Shown here: piece after piece, positions 18,054-27,400 of the stretch
How the letters are laid out: every line of letters starts with the position of its first letter
Numbering within the stretch: position 1 is the stretch's first letter
Source: Candidatus Eiseniibacteriota bacterium
Lineage (GTDB): Bacteria; Eisenbacteria; RBG-16-71-46; CAIMUX01; VGJL01
NCBI GenBank assembly: GCA_034679345.1
Contig: JAXDAY010000010.1
Location: 12,390 to 76,389, forward strand
DNA: 64,000 bases
Reading direction: 5' to 3'
Made by a program: the position numbers and the translations under genes
The notes under the pieces: generated by a model
Told to the model about the DNA's origin: nothing
What the model saw: only the letters and a program-made list of their open reading frames with translations
The model's database searches: none

Positions 18054-18162
18054 GCAGGCTCTGGGCCCTCCTCGAACCGCGCCCCCGAGCGTAGGGCCGC
18101 CCGCAGGTGGGTTTCTCGTTGATCGAAGCAAAGTCGCAGGTTAACAGAGGTGGCGGAGGGGG

Positions 18163-18648
18163 TCAACGCGCCTCGCCCGGCCCCGCAGGCGCATCCGGCG
18201 GGGCGAGGGAGCCCGGTCGCAAGCGGCGTGCCGCGGCGTCGAGCACCCCGTTGATGAAGCCCGCCTCATCCTCTTCTCCGTAGCGGTCCGCGAGCCGGTT
18301 CGCCTCGCTCAGGATCACTCGGACCGGACTCTCCGGAACCGCGATGAGCTCGGCCAGCGCGCCGCGCAGGATCGCGCGCGCGACGGCCGACACCCGGGAG
18401 AGGGACCAGCGTTCGAGGAGCCCGGCGAGCTCGGAGTCGATCGCCTCCCGGCGCTCCGCCAGTCCCTGGACGAGTCGCATCGCGAACTCCCGACCGTCGG
18501 GAGTGAAACGGAAGCGGCCGAGGGAGAGCTCGAAGACCTCGATCGGATCGTCGCCGCTCAAGTCGGCCTCGAAGAGGGCCCGAAAGACGACTTCGCGGGC
18601 CCTTCGACGCCCTCCGCGCGCGGCCTCGGAGGGGCCGGCAGGAGTCAA
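18163..18648 (-). CDS. nusB: Transcription antitermination factor NusB
   Basis: ORF-track frame 18163..19026. The upstream part overlaps ribH. NusB domain AREVVFRALFEADL...REFAMRLVQGLAERREAIDSELAGLLERWSLSRVSAVARAILRGALAEL...EAGFINGVLD. Likely TTG start at 18648 (TTGA overlap with the ribH stop). Confidence 0.75.
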   Translation of the reverse strand: MTPAGPSEAARGGRRRAREVVFRALFEADLSGDDPIEVFELSLGRFRFTPDGREFAMRLVQGLAERREAIDSELAGLLERWSLSRVSAVARAILRGALAELIAVPESPVRVILSEANRLADRYGEEDEAGFINGVLDAAARRLRPGSLAPPDAPAGPGEAR

Positions 18649-19136
18649 CGCCGCTTGGCCTTCGGCAGGGCGGAGATGTGGGCGAGGACGCCGATCATCT
18701 CCAGGGCGACCTGGGCCGCGTCGTATCCCCGTCCTCCCCCCTTGAGCCCTGCGCGGCTGATCGCCTGATCCGTCGATTCGGCCGTGATCACTCCGAAGAC
18801 TGTCGGCACGCCCGTGTCGTATCCGACCTGGAAGAGCCCTCGCGAGACTTCGCGCGAGATGTGCTCGAAATGCGGCGTCTCCCCCCGGATGACGCATCCC
18901 AGGCCGATCACCGCGTCGAAGCGGCCCGAGCGCGCCGCCGCAAGGGCCGCGAGGGGGATCTCGAAGGACCCAGGCACCCAGACGGTCTCCACGGCCTCTT
19001 CGGCCACTCCGTGCTGGCGGAGGCAATCGAGGGCCCCCTGCAGGAGGTGATCGGTCACCGACCGGCTGTACCGGCTCGCGATGATCGCGAATCGACGGCT
19101 CGTCGCATCCAGCGTGGCGATGAACTCCTTGGGCAT
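18645..19136 (-). CDS. ribH: 6,7-dimethyl-8-ribityllumazine synthase
   Basis: True start MPKEFIATLDATSRRFAIIASRYSRSV at 19136. GSFEIPLAALAAARSGRFDAVIGLGCVIRGETPHFEHIS. Confidence 0.9.
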   Translation of the reverse strand: MPKEFIATLDATSRRFAIIASRYSRSVTDHLLQGALDCLRQHGVAEEAVETVWVPGSFEIPLAALAAARSGRFDAVIGLGCVIRGETPHFEHISREVSRGLFQVGYDTGVPTVFGVITAESTDQAISRAGLKGGGRGYDAAQVALEMIGVLAHISALPKAKRR

Positions 19137-19149
19137 CTCGAATCCTCCC

Positions 19150-20376
19150 TCAATCCGCATCGATACGGAGCATGTGCCCCATCTTGCTCTTCTTCGTGCC
19201 GAGGTAGCGCCGGTTGACACTGTTCGGCTCCACCTCGATCGCGATCCGCTCGACGATCTCGAGGCCATGGGCCGCGAGGCCGACGCGCTTGCGCGGGTTG
19301 TTCGTCAGCAGGCGAATCTTGCCGACGCCGAGATCGGCGAGGATCTGCGCCCCGATGCCGAAGTCCCGCTCATCGGCCTGGAAGCCGAGGCTCTCGTTCG
19401 CCTCCACCGTGTCCTGGCCGAGATCCTGGAGGTGGTAGGCCCGGATCTTGTTCGCGAGCCCGATCCCCCTCCCCTCCTGCCGCATGTAGAGGAAGACTCC
19501 CGTGCCCTCCTCGGCGATCATCTTGAGCGAGATCGCCAGCTGCTGTCCGCAGTCGCACCGCATGCTGCCCAGCACATCTCCCGTGAGACACTGGGAGTGG
19601 ACCCGCACCAGCGCCGGGTTCTCCGGGCGAATCGTCCCCTTCACGAGAGCGACATGGTGGTCTCCGTCCAGCAGGTCTTCGTAGAGAACGAGATGGAAGA
19701 GACCGTGGGCGCTGGGAAAGTCGGTTTCACTGAGCCTTCGAATCAGCTTCTCGGTCCTGCGGCGATACTCGATCAATGACGCGATCGAGATCAGGGTGAG
19801 ACCGTGACGCGCCGCCATCTCCGTGAGTTGCGGAAGGCGCGCCATCGAGCCGTCCTCGTTCAGGATCTCGCAGAGGACCCCGGCGGGATAGAGCCCCGCC
19901 AGAATCGCGAGATCGACGGCGGCTTCCGTGTGTCCCGCGCGCCGGAGCACGCCCCCGCGGGCCGCGGCCAGCGGGAAGATGTGGCCGGGGCGGGCGAGAT
20001 CCTCCGGGCGCGTCCGCGGGTCGAGCAGCACCTTGATCGTCTCGGCGCGATCGAACGCGGAGATTCCCGTCGTCGTCCCCTCGACCGCATCGACGCTCAC
20101 GGTGAAGGGGGTCCCCATCTTCGCCGTGTTGCGCCCGACCATCGGCGGAAGCTCCAGGGCCCGGAGCCGGTCCTCCATCATCGGCACGCAGATCAAACCG
20201 CGACCGTAGCGGGCGAAGAAGTTGACGCTCTGCGGCGTCACCCGCTCGGCCGCCATGATGAGGTCGCCCTCGTTCTCCCGGTCTTCATCGTCGACGACGA
20301 TCACGATCCGTCCGGCGCGGATCTCCTCGATCGCCTTCTCGATCGGCGCAAACGGAGTCCCGTCGGGTCCCCTCAT
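19150..20376 (-). CDS. ribBA: Bifunctional 3,4-dihydroxy-2-butanone-4-phosphate synthase / GTP cyclohydrolase II
   Basis: True start [39 protein letters not shown] at 20376 (ATGA overlap). C-terminal half has the GTP cyclohydrolase II motifs (CDCGQQL...EGRGIGL). Confidence 0.9.
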   Translation of the reverse strand: MRGPDGTPFAPIEKAIEEIRAGRIVIVVDDEDRENEGDLIMAAERVTPQSVNFFARYGRGLICVPMMEDRLRALELPPMVGRNTAKMGTPFTVSVDAVEGTTTGISAFDRAETIKVLLDPRTRPEDLARPGHIFPLAAARGGVLRRAGHTEAAVDLAILAGLYPAGVLCEILNEDGSMARLPQLTEMAARHGLTLISIASLIEYRRRTEKLIRRLSETDFPSAHGLFHLVLYEDLLDGDHHVALVKGTIRPENPALVRVHSQCLTGDVLGSMRCDCGQQLAISLKMIAEEGTGVFLYMRQEGRGIGLANKIRAYHLQDLGQDTVEANESLGFQADERDFGIGAQILADLGVGKIRLLTNNPRKRVGLAAHGLEIVERIAIEVEPNSVNRRYLGTKKSKMGHMLRIDAD

Positions 20377-20996
20377 TCGGCCACCTCCCTCTCTTCCCTC
20401 GTCCCCGATCGCAGGATCGATTCCGCATACTTGGCCATGATGTCGACCTCGATGTTCACGCGCCGGCCGGGGCGATACGTCGCCAGGAGCGTCGCCTGGG
20501 CGGTGGCCGGGATGATCTGGACCTTGAACCGTCCCCTCCGGCGCTTCGCGACGGTGAGACTCACTCCGTCGACGGCGATCGAGCCCTTCTCGACCACATA
20601 GCGCATCCATGCCGAATCGAGCCCGATCTCCATCGACCAAGCCCCGCCCGTCCTTCCCGATCGCAGCAGCTCGCCGGTCCCATCCACATGCCCCTGGACG
20701 ATGTGGCCGCCGAGTCGATCCCCGAGGCGCAATGCCCGCTCCAGATGAACCCGATCCCCCGCGCGCCACGAGCCGAGCGTGGTGCGCCGGATCGTTTCGG
20801 GGCCGGCCTCGACACGGAAGCGCCCATTCTGAGCCCCGGCTTGGGTGAGCGTGAGACAGACCCCCTGGATCGCGATGGAGGCGCCGCGAGTGAGGCTTGC
20901 CGGATCGAGGGGAGACTCGACCTCGAGCTCCCGCACGCCGCCGCGCGTGCGTGCGCTCCGAACGACCCCCACCGCCTCCACCAAGCCCGTGAACAT
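20373..20996 (-). CDS. ribE: Riboflavin synthase alpha chain
   Basis: True start [12 protein letters not shown] at 20996. Duplicated lumazine-binding halves ([13 protein letters not shown]... / [12 protein letters not shown]). Confidence 0.85.
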   Translation of the reverse strand: MFTGLVEAVGVVRSARTRGGVRELEVESPLDPASLTRGASIAIQGVCLTLTQAGAQNGRFRVEAGPETIRRTTLGSWRAGDRVHLERALRLGDRLGGHIVQGHVDGTGELLRSGRTGGAWSMEIGLDSAWMRYVVEKGSIAVDGVSLTVAKRRRGRFKVQIIPATAQATLLATYRPGRRVNIEVDIMAKYAESILRSGTREEREVAE

Positions 20997-21021
20997 ACTG
21001 GCGAGCCCCTTGCGGGAGACT

Positions 21022-22224
21022 CTACCGCATCCGGCGTGATCGAGGGGAGACGATCGCCGCCCCCGCCACGCCGGCGACCTCGACGCGTCGGTCCCCGCCC
21101 GGCAGCGGTTCGAAGCGCAGCCGGAGGCGTCGCGCGCTCGAGAGCGGTACCGCTTCCGCCCCGGCGGACCAGTGACGGCCACCGGGCAGGAGCCGGGGCG
21201 CCAGATACAGAAGGATCCGGTCCACCGGGCCCGCGTCCAGGAACCCGGCTGCCAAGGTGGGACCGGCCTCGACCAGAAGATCGATCAATCCCTCCTGCCT
21301 CGCCCGGCGCGCGAGGGAGGGCAGATCGACTCCGTCCGAGGAGACCGGCAGATCCCAGATCTCCCAGCCCGCCCTCCGGAAGAGCTCCCTCCGCCGGAGA
21401 CTCGGCTCGCTCGTCGCCGCCACCAGGCGCGGAACCCGGATCCAGCGACGGGATCGGCCTCCGGCCTCCAGACGCATCCAGTTGCCGATCCTCTCGCCGA
21501 CCGCGTCGCGCGAGGCGCGTGCCTCGCGTCGATGGATCCGGGCCAGGCGGCAATCCGGATCGAAGCGCAGGGCGCGGGAGATCACGATCCGGCTGGGGAG
21601 GCGATCCTCGCTATCCCCGAAGCGGATCCGGGGATCGTCGGCTTCGACCGTCCCGGCGCCCAGGACGACGGCATCGCACGCGCGGCGCGCGCGGTGGACC
21701 TCGCGCCGCGCTGCCGGGCCGGTGATCCATCTCGATCGGCCGGAGGCGTCGCAGAGCATGCCGTCCATCGTCGAGGCGAGCTTCAGCCGCACCGAGGCCC
21801 GCCCTTCCCTCTGGGCCCGGAGGAAAGGAAGCAGCAGCTCCCGCGCCTCGTCCGCGAGGCGGCCCACGCGAACCCGGCGGCCGGCCTTGCGCAGGGCGGC
21901 GGCTCCACGGCCGCGAACGCGCGGATCGGGGTCGAGCATGGCGATCTCGAAGTTGCGGATCGGAGAGTCGAGCAGAGCATCGCAGCACGGCGGAGTCTTT
22001 CCCACATGCGTGCACGGCTCGAGGGTCAGAAAGAGAACGGAGTCCGGCGGGACCCTCCGTCCTGCGAGATCGCGCAGGAGATCCCTCTCGGCGTGAGGGC
22101 CACCGAACCTCCGGTGGAATCCGCAAGCGAGGATCCGTCCGCGATGCATGAGGATCGCGCCGACCATCGGGTTGGGAGAGACGCGCCCGCTTCCTCTGCG
22201 GGCGAGATCGAGCGCCGCGCGCAT
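21022..22224 (-). CDS. ribD: Riboflavin biosynthesis deaminase/reductase RibD
   Basis: ORF-track frame 21022..22308. Start is probably the ATG at 22224 (MRAALDLARRG) or a GTG up to 22257. Deaminase motifs VSPNPMVGAIL...HAERDLL...CTHVGKTPPCCDAL; reductase half follows. Confidence 0.85.
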   Translation of the reverse strand: MRAALDLARRGSGRVSPNPMVGAILMHRGRILACGFHRRFGGPHAERDLLRDLAGRRVPPDSVLFLTLEPCTHVGKTPPCCDALLDSPIRNFEIAMLDPDPRVRGRGAAALRKAGRRVRVGRLADEARELLLPFLRAQREGRASVRLKLASTMDGMLCDASGRSRWITGPAARREVHRARRACDAVVLGAGTVEADDPRIRFGDSEDRLPSRIVISRALRFDPDCRLARIHRREARASRDAVGERIGNWMRLEAGGRSRRWIRVPRLVAATSEPSLRRRELFRRAGWEIWDLPVSSDGVDLPSLARRARQEGLIDLLVEAGPTLAAGFLDAGPVDRILLYLAPRLLPGGRHWSAGAEAVPLSSARRLRLRFEPLPGGDRRVEVAGVAGAAIVSPRSRRMR

Positions 22225-22268
22225 CGCTTCGCGGGCCCAATCCGTGGAGACCGTCACGCCTGCTGGAC

Positions 22269-22478
22269 TCAGGGCTCCTCCGCCCCGCCAGGCTTCTCCG
22301 GCGGACAATCCTGGAATGAGACGTCCACGATCTCCTCCTCGGAGGCTGCCTGGCGCCCTGAGGACGGATCGGACGCCCCAGGCGTCGGGCGACGCCGCTC
22401 AGGTCTGGGAGACTGCAACCGGCGGATGAGCAAGAGCGCCACGAGGCAGATCAGAGCGAAGAGCAGGAGGTTTGACAT
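22269..22478 (-). CDS. Possible small single-TM protein (69 aa) immediately upstream of ribD
   Basis: Inner ATG of ORF 22269..22535 preceded by GGTGAACAGC. MSNLLLFALICLVALLLIRRLQ then a charged tail. There is no homology call. It could equally be a non-coding leader. Confidence 0.25.
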   Translation of the reverse strand: MSNLLLFALICLVALLLIRRLQSPRPERRRPTPGASDPSSGRQAASEEEIVDVSFQDCPPEKPGGAEEP

Positions 22479-22535
22479 GCTGTTCACCGAGGGCGAGACG
22501 CGGTCGAGGTTCGATCCCCGCGCGCCCTCGGGCAC

Positions 22536-22564
22536 ACAATAGTTACGGCCCGCGTGGGTGTCAA
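22536..22564 (-). promoter_or_regulatory. Near-consensus sigma70-type promoter on minus strand (TTGACA-17 nt-TATTGT) driving the small ORF / rib operon leader
   Basis: Minus-strand reading: CTTGACAcccacgcgggccgtaacTATTGTg. The -35 is plus 22559-22564, the -10 is plus 22536-22541, and the spacer is 17 nt. Confidence 0.3.
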
Positions 22565-22595
22565 GGAAGCCAGGCCGACGCGTGAGCGAGCGAAA

Positions 22596-22626
22596 GACCC
22601 CACGGGGGAGGCTTCCCCGTGGGGTC
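22596..22626 (-). terminator. GC-rich hairpin (12-bp stem GACCCCACGGGG/CCCCGTGGGGTC) downstream of the OmpA-like gene
   Basis: Seen directly. On the minus strand it is followed by TTTCGCTCGC, a weak U-tract. It lies 70 nt after the stop at 22698. Confidence 0.45.
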
Positions 22627-22697
22627 TTGACGGGTTCACGGCTACCCGCCCTGCGGCGGGCCTCCGAGGTCGACCGATCTCGTTCCGGCGATCCTGA

Positions 22698-24326
22698 CTA
22701 CTGGATCACCTGGAACTCGATACGGCGGTTCCGAGCGCGACCCAGGTCCGAATCGTTGGTGTCGATCGGCTGGCTCTCGCCCTTGCCCTCGGTCGCGATC
22801 CGATCCGCAGCGATTCCGCGCTTCACGAGGTAATCCTTGATCGCCTCGGCGCGACGGATCGACAGCTTCATGTTCGCAGCGTCGCCGCCCACGTTGTCCG
22901 TGTGGCCCGTGATCTTCAACTTCATGTCCGGCCGCTCGCGCATGATCCGAGCGACGTCCTCGAGGACCGGGATCGGATCGGCGCCGCTGATCTCTGCCGT
23001 TGCGAACTTGAAGTTGATGTAAGCCAGCACCGGAATCATCGGCATCGACTCGTCCGGACAGCCGTCCGCGTCCTCGAAGCCGTTGAAGGTCTCGGCGACG
23101 CTCGGGCACTTGTCGTCCTTGTCCAGGATGCCGTCCCCGTCATTGTCGGCATCCGGACAACCGTCGCTATCCTGCCACCCGTCGACGTCTTCCGCCTGGT
23201 TCGGGCAGTCGTCATTGATGTCGGGGATGCCGTCCCCGTCATTGTCGCCTTCCGGACAGCCATCGGCGTCCTGGAACCCGTCCAGGTCCTCGGCGAGCGT
23301 CGGGCACTGATCGACGTCATCGGGAATGCCGTCCCGATCGGCGTCACCGAAGCCGACGGCTTGCATCCCCTCGTCACCGAACTTCAAGGCGACCGAGAAC
23401 CGGTGGTTCTCGTTCAGGAAGTCCTGATTGTCGTTCACGTACGCGTAGTCCGCCTCGAGGAACTTGAACCGCATCCCGAAGCCCGCCGCGAAGTCACCGT
23501 CGTTCAGGCCGGCGCGGACCGCCGCAGCGACCTCCTCGGTGAGCGGCATCCGGAACTCGGCCCCGGTGTGGAACTGGTAGTCGTCGTCGTCCTGCGTCTT
23601 CTCCACGTCGAAGGCCGTGGTGAGGCCGTGGATCGGCCAGACCGCGAGGCCCGCGCGAAGGTTGGTCGGCAGGTCCTCCGCCTCGTCGACGCTGCCGAGC
23701 TTGCCCGCGATGTCCTGCACCGCGAGACCGAACCGGAACTGCTCGTGCAGCTGCAGACCGAAGCCCAAGTCGATGCCGTAGCCGTTGATGGCATCGTCCG
23801 ACCCGCCGGCGAGATCCGCGCCGACAGACTCACGGAGATACTTCCCCGTGATTCCAAGCGACGCGATGTCCCAGCGCTTCGCGAGAGAGAGCATGAATGC
23901 GTTGTCGGAAAAGTCAAAGTCCTTGATGTACTGGCCGTCGGCCCCGCGCTGCTCGATGTCGGACATTCCCGCATTGAGCCAGTTGAAGCCGTAGGCGCCC
24001 CACTCGGCGTTGCGAGCGAAGCCGATATGGTTGTACTTCCGATCGACCTCCATCCCGCTGGAGAACATTCCGCCGACGCTCCAGCCGCGGGTCCAGGTCA
24101 GACCCGCCGGATTCCAGTAGCCGGCCGTCAGATCGTTCGCCACACCGACGAAGGCCCCACCCATCCCCAGGGCCCGAGCTCCGACTCCCATCCTCAGATA
24201 GGGAGCGTTGTGATTGTTGGCTTGGTCTCCGGGACTATCTGCCGCGAAGGCGGATCCCCCTGTTAGGAGAAGCAACCCTGTGAGCGCCACCACGGCCAGG
24301 ATCGCCCTCCGATTCCGTCTAAGCAT
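22698..24326 (-). CDS. Outer-membrane protein: PorV/PorQ-like (FadL-fold) N-terminal barrel + thrombospondin type-3 Ca-binding repeats + C-terminal OmpA peptidoglycan-binding domain
   Basis: 542 aa. Signal peptide MLRRNRRAILAVVALTGLLLLTGGSAFA. N-terminal motif LRMGVGARALGMGGAFVGVANDLTAGYWNPAGL. TSP3 repeats DADRDGIPDDVDQCP / DNDGDGIPDINDDCP / DNDGDGILDKDDKCP. OmpA domain ITGHTDNVGGDAANMKLSIRRAEAIKDYLVKRGIAADRIATEGKGESQP. RBS AAGGAGG 8 nt before the ATG. Confidence 0.8.
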   Translation of the reverse strand: MLRRNRRAILAVVALTGLLLLTGGSAFAADSPGDQANNHNAPYLRMGVGARALGMGGAFVGVANDLTAGYWNPAGLTWTRGWSVGGMFSSGMEVDRKYNHIGFARNAEWGAYGFNWLNAGMSDIEQRGADGQYIKDFDFSDNAFMLSLAKRWDIASLGITGKYLRESVGADLAGGSDDAINGYGIDLGFGLQLHEQFRFGLAVQDIAGKLGSVDEAEDLPTNLRAGLAVWPIHGLTTAFDVEKTQDDDDYQFHTGAEFRMPLTEEVAAAVRAGLNDGDFAAGFGMRFKFLEADYAYVNDNQDFLNENHRFSVALKFGDEGMQAVGFGDADRDGIPDDVDQCPTLAEDLDGFQDADGCPEGDNDGDGIPDINDDCPNQAEDVDGWQDSDGCPDADNDGDGILDKDDKCPSVAETFNGFEDADGCPDESMPMIPVLAYINFKFATAEISGADPIPVLEDVARIMRERPDMKLKITGHTDNVGGDAANMKLSIRRAEAIKDYLVKRGIAADRIATEGKGESQPIDTNDSDLGRARNRRIEFQVIQ

Positions 24327-24381
24327 CTCACTACCTCCTTGTTGAACCCGTCGTCACACGATCATCAGAACAAGACTGAGG

Positions 24382-24409
24382 GCGGGGGGGAGGGTTCCCT
24401 CCCCCCCGC
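24382..24409 (-). terminator. Very stable hairpin (13-bp stem GCGGGGGGGAGGG/CCCTCCCCCCCGC) 10 nt after the giant gene stop, just upstream of the OmpA-like gene RBS
   Basis: Seen directly. The minus-strand downstream sequence is CCTCAGTCTTGTTCT, moderately U-rich. It is a likely terminator/attenuator separating the giant gene from the OmpA-like gene. Confidence 0.45.
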
Positions 24410-24418
24410 AGTAGACCG

Positions 24419-27400
24419 CTACTCCCTCCAGAGGACCACCTTCAGGTTCGCTTCCTCCGTCCGGGCGCCGTCGGAGGCGGTGACACGGACGATGTAGGCG
24501 CCGTTCGCGAGCTTCGTGCCGTCGCTGGCCGTGCCGCCCCAGTAGATCCCGCCCAACTTCGACGGAGTCATCTGTTCGTGGCTGGCGAGAGTCGTCACGT
24601 AGTTACCCGCGAAGTCGTAGACCTTGATGGTCACATCGCTCGTCTTGCTCAGGGCGAAGTGGATGAGAGCATCGCCGTCGGCAGGATCGAACGGGTTCGG
24701 GTAGGTGTAGACGTCGGTCAGGGTCAACATGGTCGCCTCGACCCGGACCGTCTTCGTCGAACTGCAGGTGTGGCCAAGGCGATCCCTGGCAGTCACAGTG
24801 ATCGTGTAATCGCCGACTGCAAGCGGAGCCGGGATCGTGGCGGTGTAGTGGCCGTTGTTCCACTCCTCGTTCTCCGGAACGATCTCCTCGCCGTCCGGCC
24901 CGCGGATGATGACCACGAGGTCCTCAGCCGACGAACCGACGCCCACGCCCGTGTCCGCCGCGGTGACTTCGATCACCATCGGGGTATTCGGATCATGGAC
25001 GGAGGCCGGGAGAATGATCGCGCACTCCGGAGCGAGCGCATCCACGATGAACCTCTGCTCAACGTACTTGCTGCCGCTGTTGCGCACCTGGTCGAGGACG
25101 CCCTGCTGGTAGATGATCCGCTGCTGGCTCAGGAAGTCGAACCAGCAACCGTCGAGCACGTACAGCGTCTCCCCGCCAACGACGAGGGTGTCGACCACGT
25201 CGCACTGGAGGGCCGGGCCCTCACCCAGGAGGGTGCGGGTCTTCTGGCTGTAAAGCGTGACCTCGAGGATGTCGCCATCCTGGATCCGTCCGCCGCCCAC
25301 GATGGGCAGCTTCACGAGCAGTTCCTCGCTCGGGTCGTAGATGTTCTCAGCGCCGTAGAGAGGCGGCTCGAGGTAGGGCAGCAGCTCATCCGCCGTGCCC
25401 TCGTGCAGCAACTCGCGCTCCTCGAACTCGTCGATGTCGAGTTGCTCGTCCTCTCCGTCGACGCGCCACAGGTCGTAATGGATACCCCAGTCGATCGGGT
25501 TGAAGCATTCGAACCCGCCGACCGGATCCGTGAAGGGCTCGAGGAAGAGCTCGACGTCGTCGATGATCTCGTCGCAGTCGGGATCCTGGATGAACTCCTG
25601 CCGCTCCGGCCTCACGAAGATACCGGAGAGCGGATCGTACATCCGGACCGTCAGCATGGCGTCGTCACCGGCGATGTAACCGTGGACGTTCCGGAGCAGC
25701 GGATTCGAGACCCAGCCACCATGGAACTCCACGATCGGGGCGGTCAGGTCGACCGTGAACGGCATTGTCACCGAAGTCAGATCGTCCGTCCCGTGCGTCC
25801 TGTATTCCACTGTGATCGTGTGATCGCCCTCAGCCAGCCAGTCGCGCTGGATGGGAGAGTGGAAGTAGTCGAGCTCGTAGATGGTCGAGTGGCCATCGTT
25901 GCCGTCGTCGTTCGCGCTCATGAGGTGCGCGCCGCCAGCGCCCCAGACCCAGGTCGCGATGACGTCCTCGGCGAAGTCGCTCACGTCGTAGAACGTGGCG
26001 ACGTCGCGGTCGTCCACCTTGACCTTGACTGTGCTGGCCTCGATGCCCTGTCCGCCGATGTCGTGCAGATAGAAGCTGAAGATCGGATCGGCATCCGTCA
26101 CCCAGTTGCTCAGGTAAGCGGAGTGCGGCGTCACGTTGGCGAGGAACACCGGCGCGCCGCTCTTCGGAGCGAAGACCTCGAAGACCGTACCGTCGCTGTT
26201 GATCGACGAGAGATTGTCCACATTGAAGGAGATCTCGTTCGCCTCGGTGTTGACCCGGATGTTCATGATGCCCTCGGCATCCGAGTAGTCGTAGTCCCAA
26301 CGCCGAACCGTCAGCATCTCCTCCGTGACGCCCTCGTTTTCAGCCAAGGCGGCATTCAGAGCTTCGTCGCTGTACTTGATCACGATCGTCGGAAGGTATC
26401 CTTCCCGGAAGTCGTCATAGTACTCGCTTTGGCTCTTCGTAACCTCGATGTGCCACGCAGTGTCCTTCAGAGGAGTCAGATAGACCCTCTCCTCGGGACT
26501 CAGCTGCGGCGCGATGGTCTCGCTGACGAGCAGGCAGGCGTCGTCCTCCATCCAGGCGCCGCTGACCACGGTCACCTGGCTATAGAGGTCTCCGTAGCCC
26601 TGCGTCACCACCGTGCCATTCGTGCCGAGTTCCGTCGTGACGGGGAACTCGTGAATCGCGGTGGTCACCTCATCGATGAACCACTCGGGATTCTGCATGC
26701 CGGTCACGAAGACCTTGAAGTGCAAGCATTCGTCGATTGGGTACTCATCGTCATAGGTTTCCGTGAGACTGATCCGTCCGCGCCAAACCGTCGGATCATC
26801 GAGGGAGCGGACCAGACCGAACTGGCCGTTCTCGGGATCGGACGGAACTCCGGCGGAGTAGATCCACCAGTAGTCGTTCGGCGCGACGACGTTGTCGCTC
26901 TCTCCGAGGACTACGACACGAGGCCGATCAGTCGAGTTCGGCATGTCGACGGTCAGGATCGCCTGCGGTTCGCTGTTTTCGTCCGCGCTTTCGATCTGAA
27001 CCGACACGTCCTCGACGATCGGCGGCGCCGTGCGAAGGGCCCGGAAGGTCCAGGCGCCGTCATAGGGCCACTCGGTCGGATCGTTGACATCGTCGAGACG
27101 GATGAGCTCCGCCCGCATCATCGGCACCACGTCCGCCGGGTCATCGCCGTAGCGGTTGCCGTCGGAATCCTTCGCGAGAGCGCGCAACCAGAAGAGGGCG
27201 CCTTCCTGGAAGTTGAAGGCCGTCGTCTCGATACGCGTCCGCCACAGGACTTCAGTGGTGTAGTCGTGCTGGCCGGTCACCTGCTCGCCGAATCCGATGT
27301 TCACCCACTCATGATCGAGATCGTTCTCGCCCTCGATCGTGTCGTACTGGAACAGAACATCCTCGATGCTCGGGTCGCTCTCGGCGAGCGCGTAAATGTA

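Noticed and set aside
22230-22700. Expected FMN riboswitch (RFN element) upstream of ribD
   Set aside because: I scanned the minus strand for the conserved RFN sequence blocks and found none. The leader is also too short once the promoter and the small ORF are accounted for. I cannot run cmsearch, so this remains an absence by eye.
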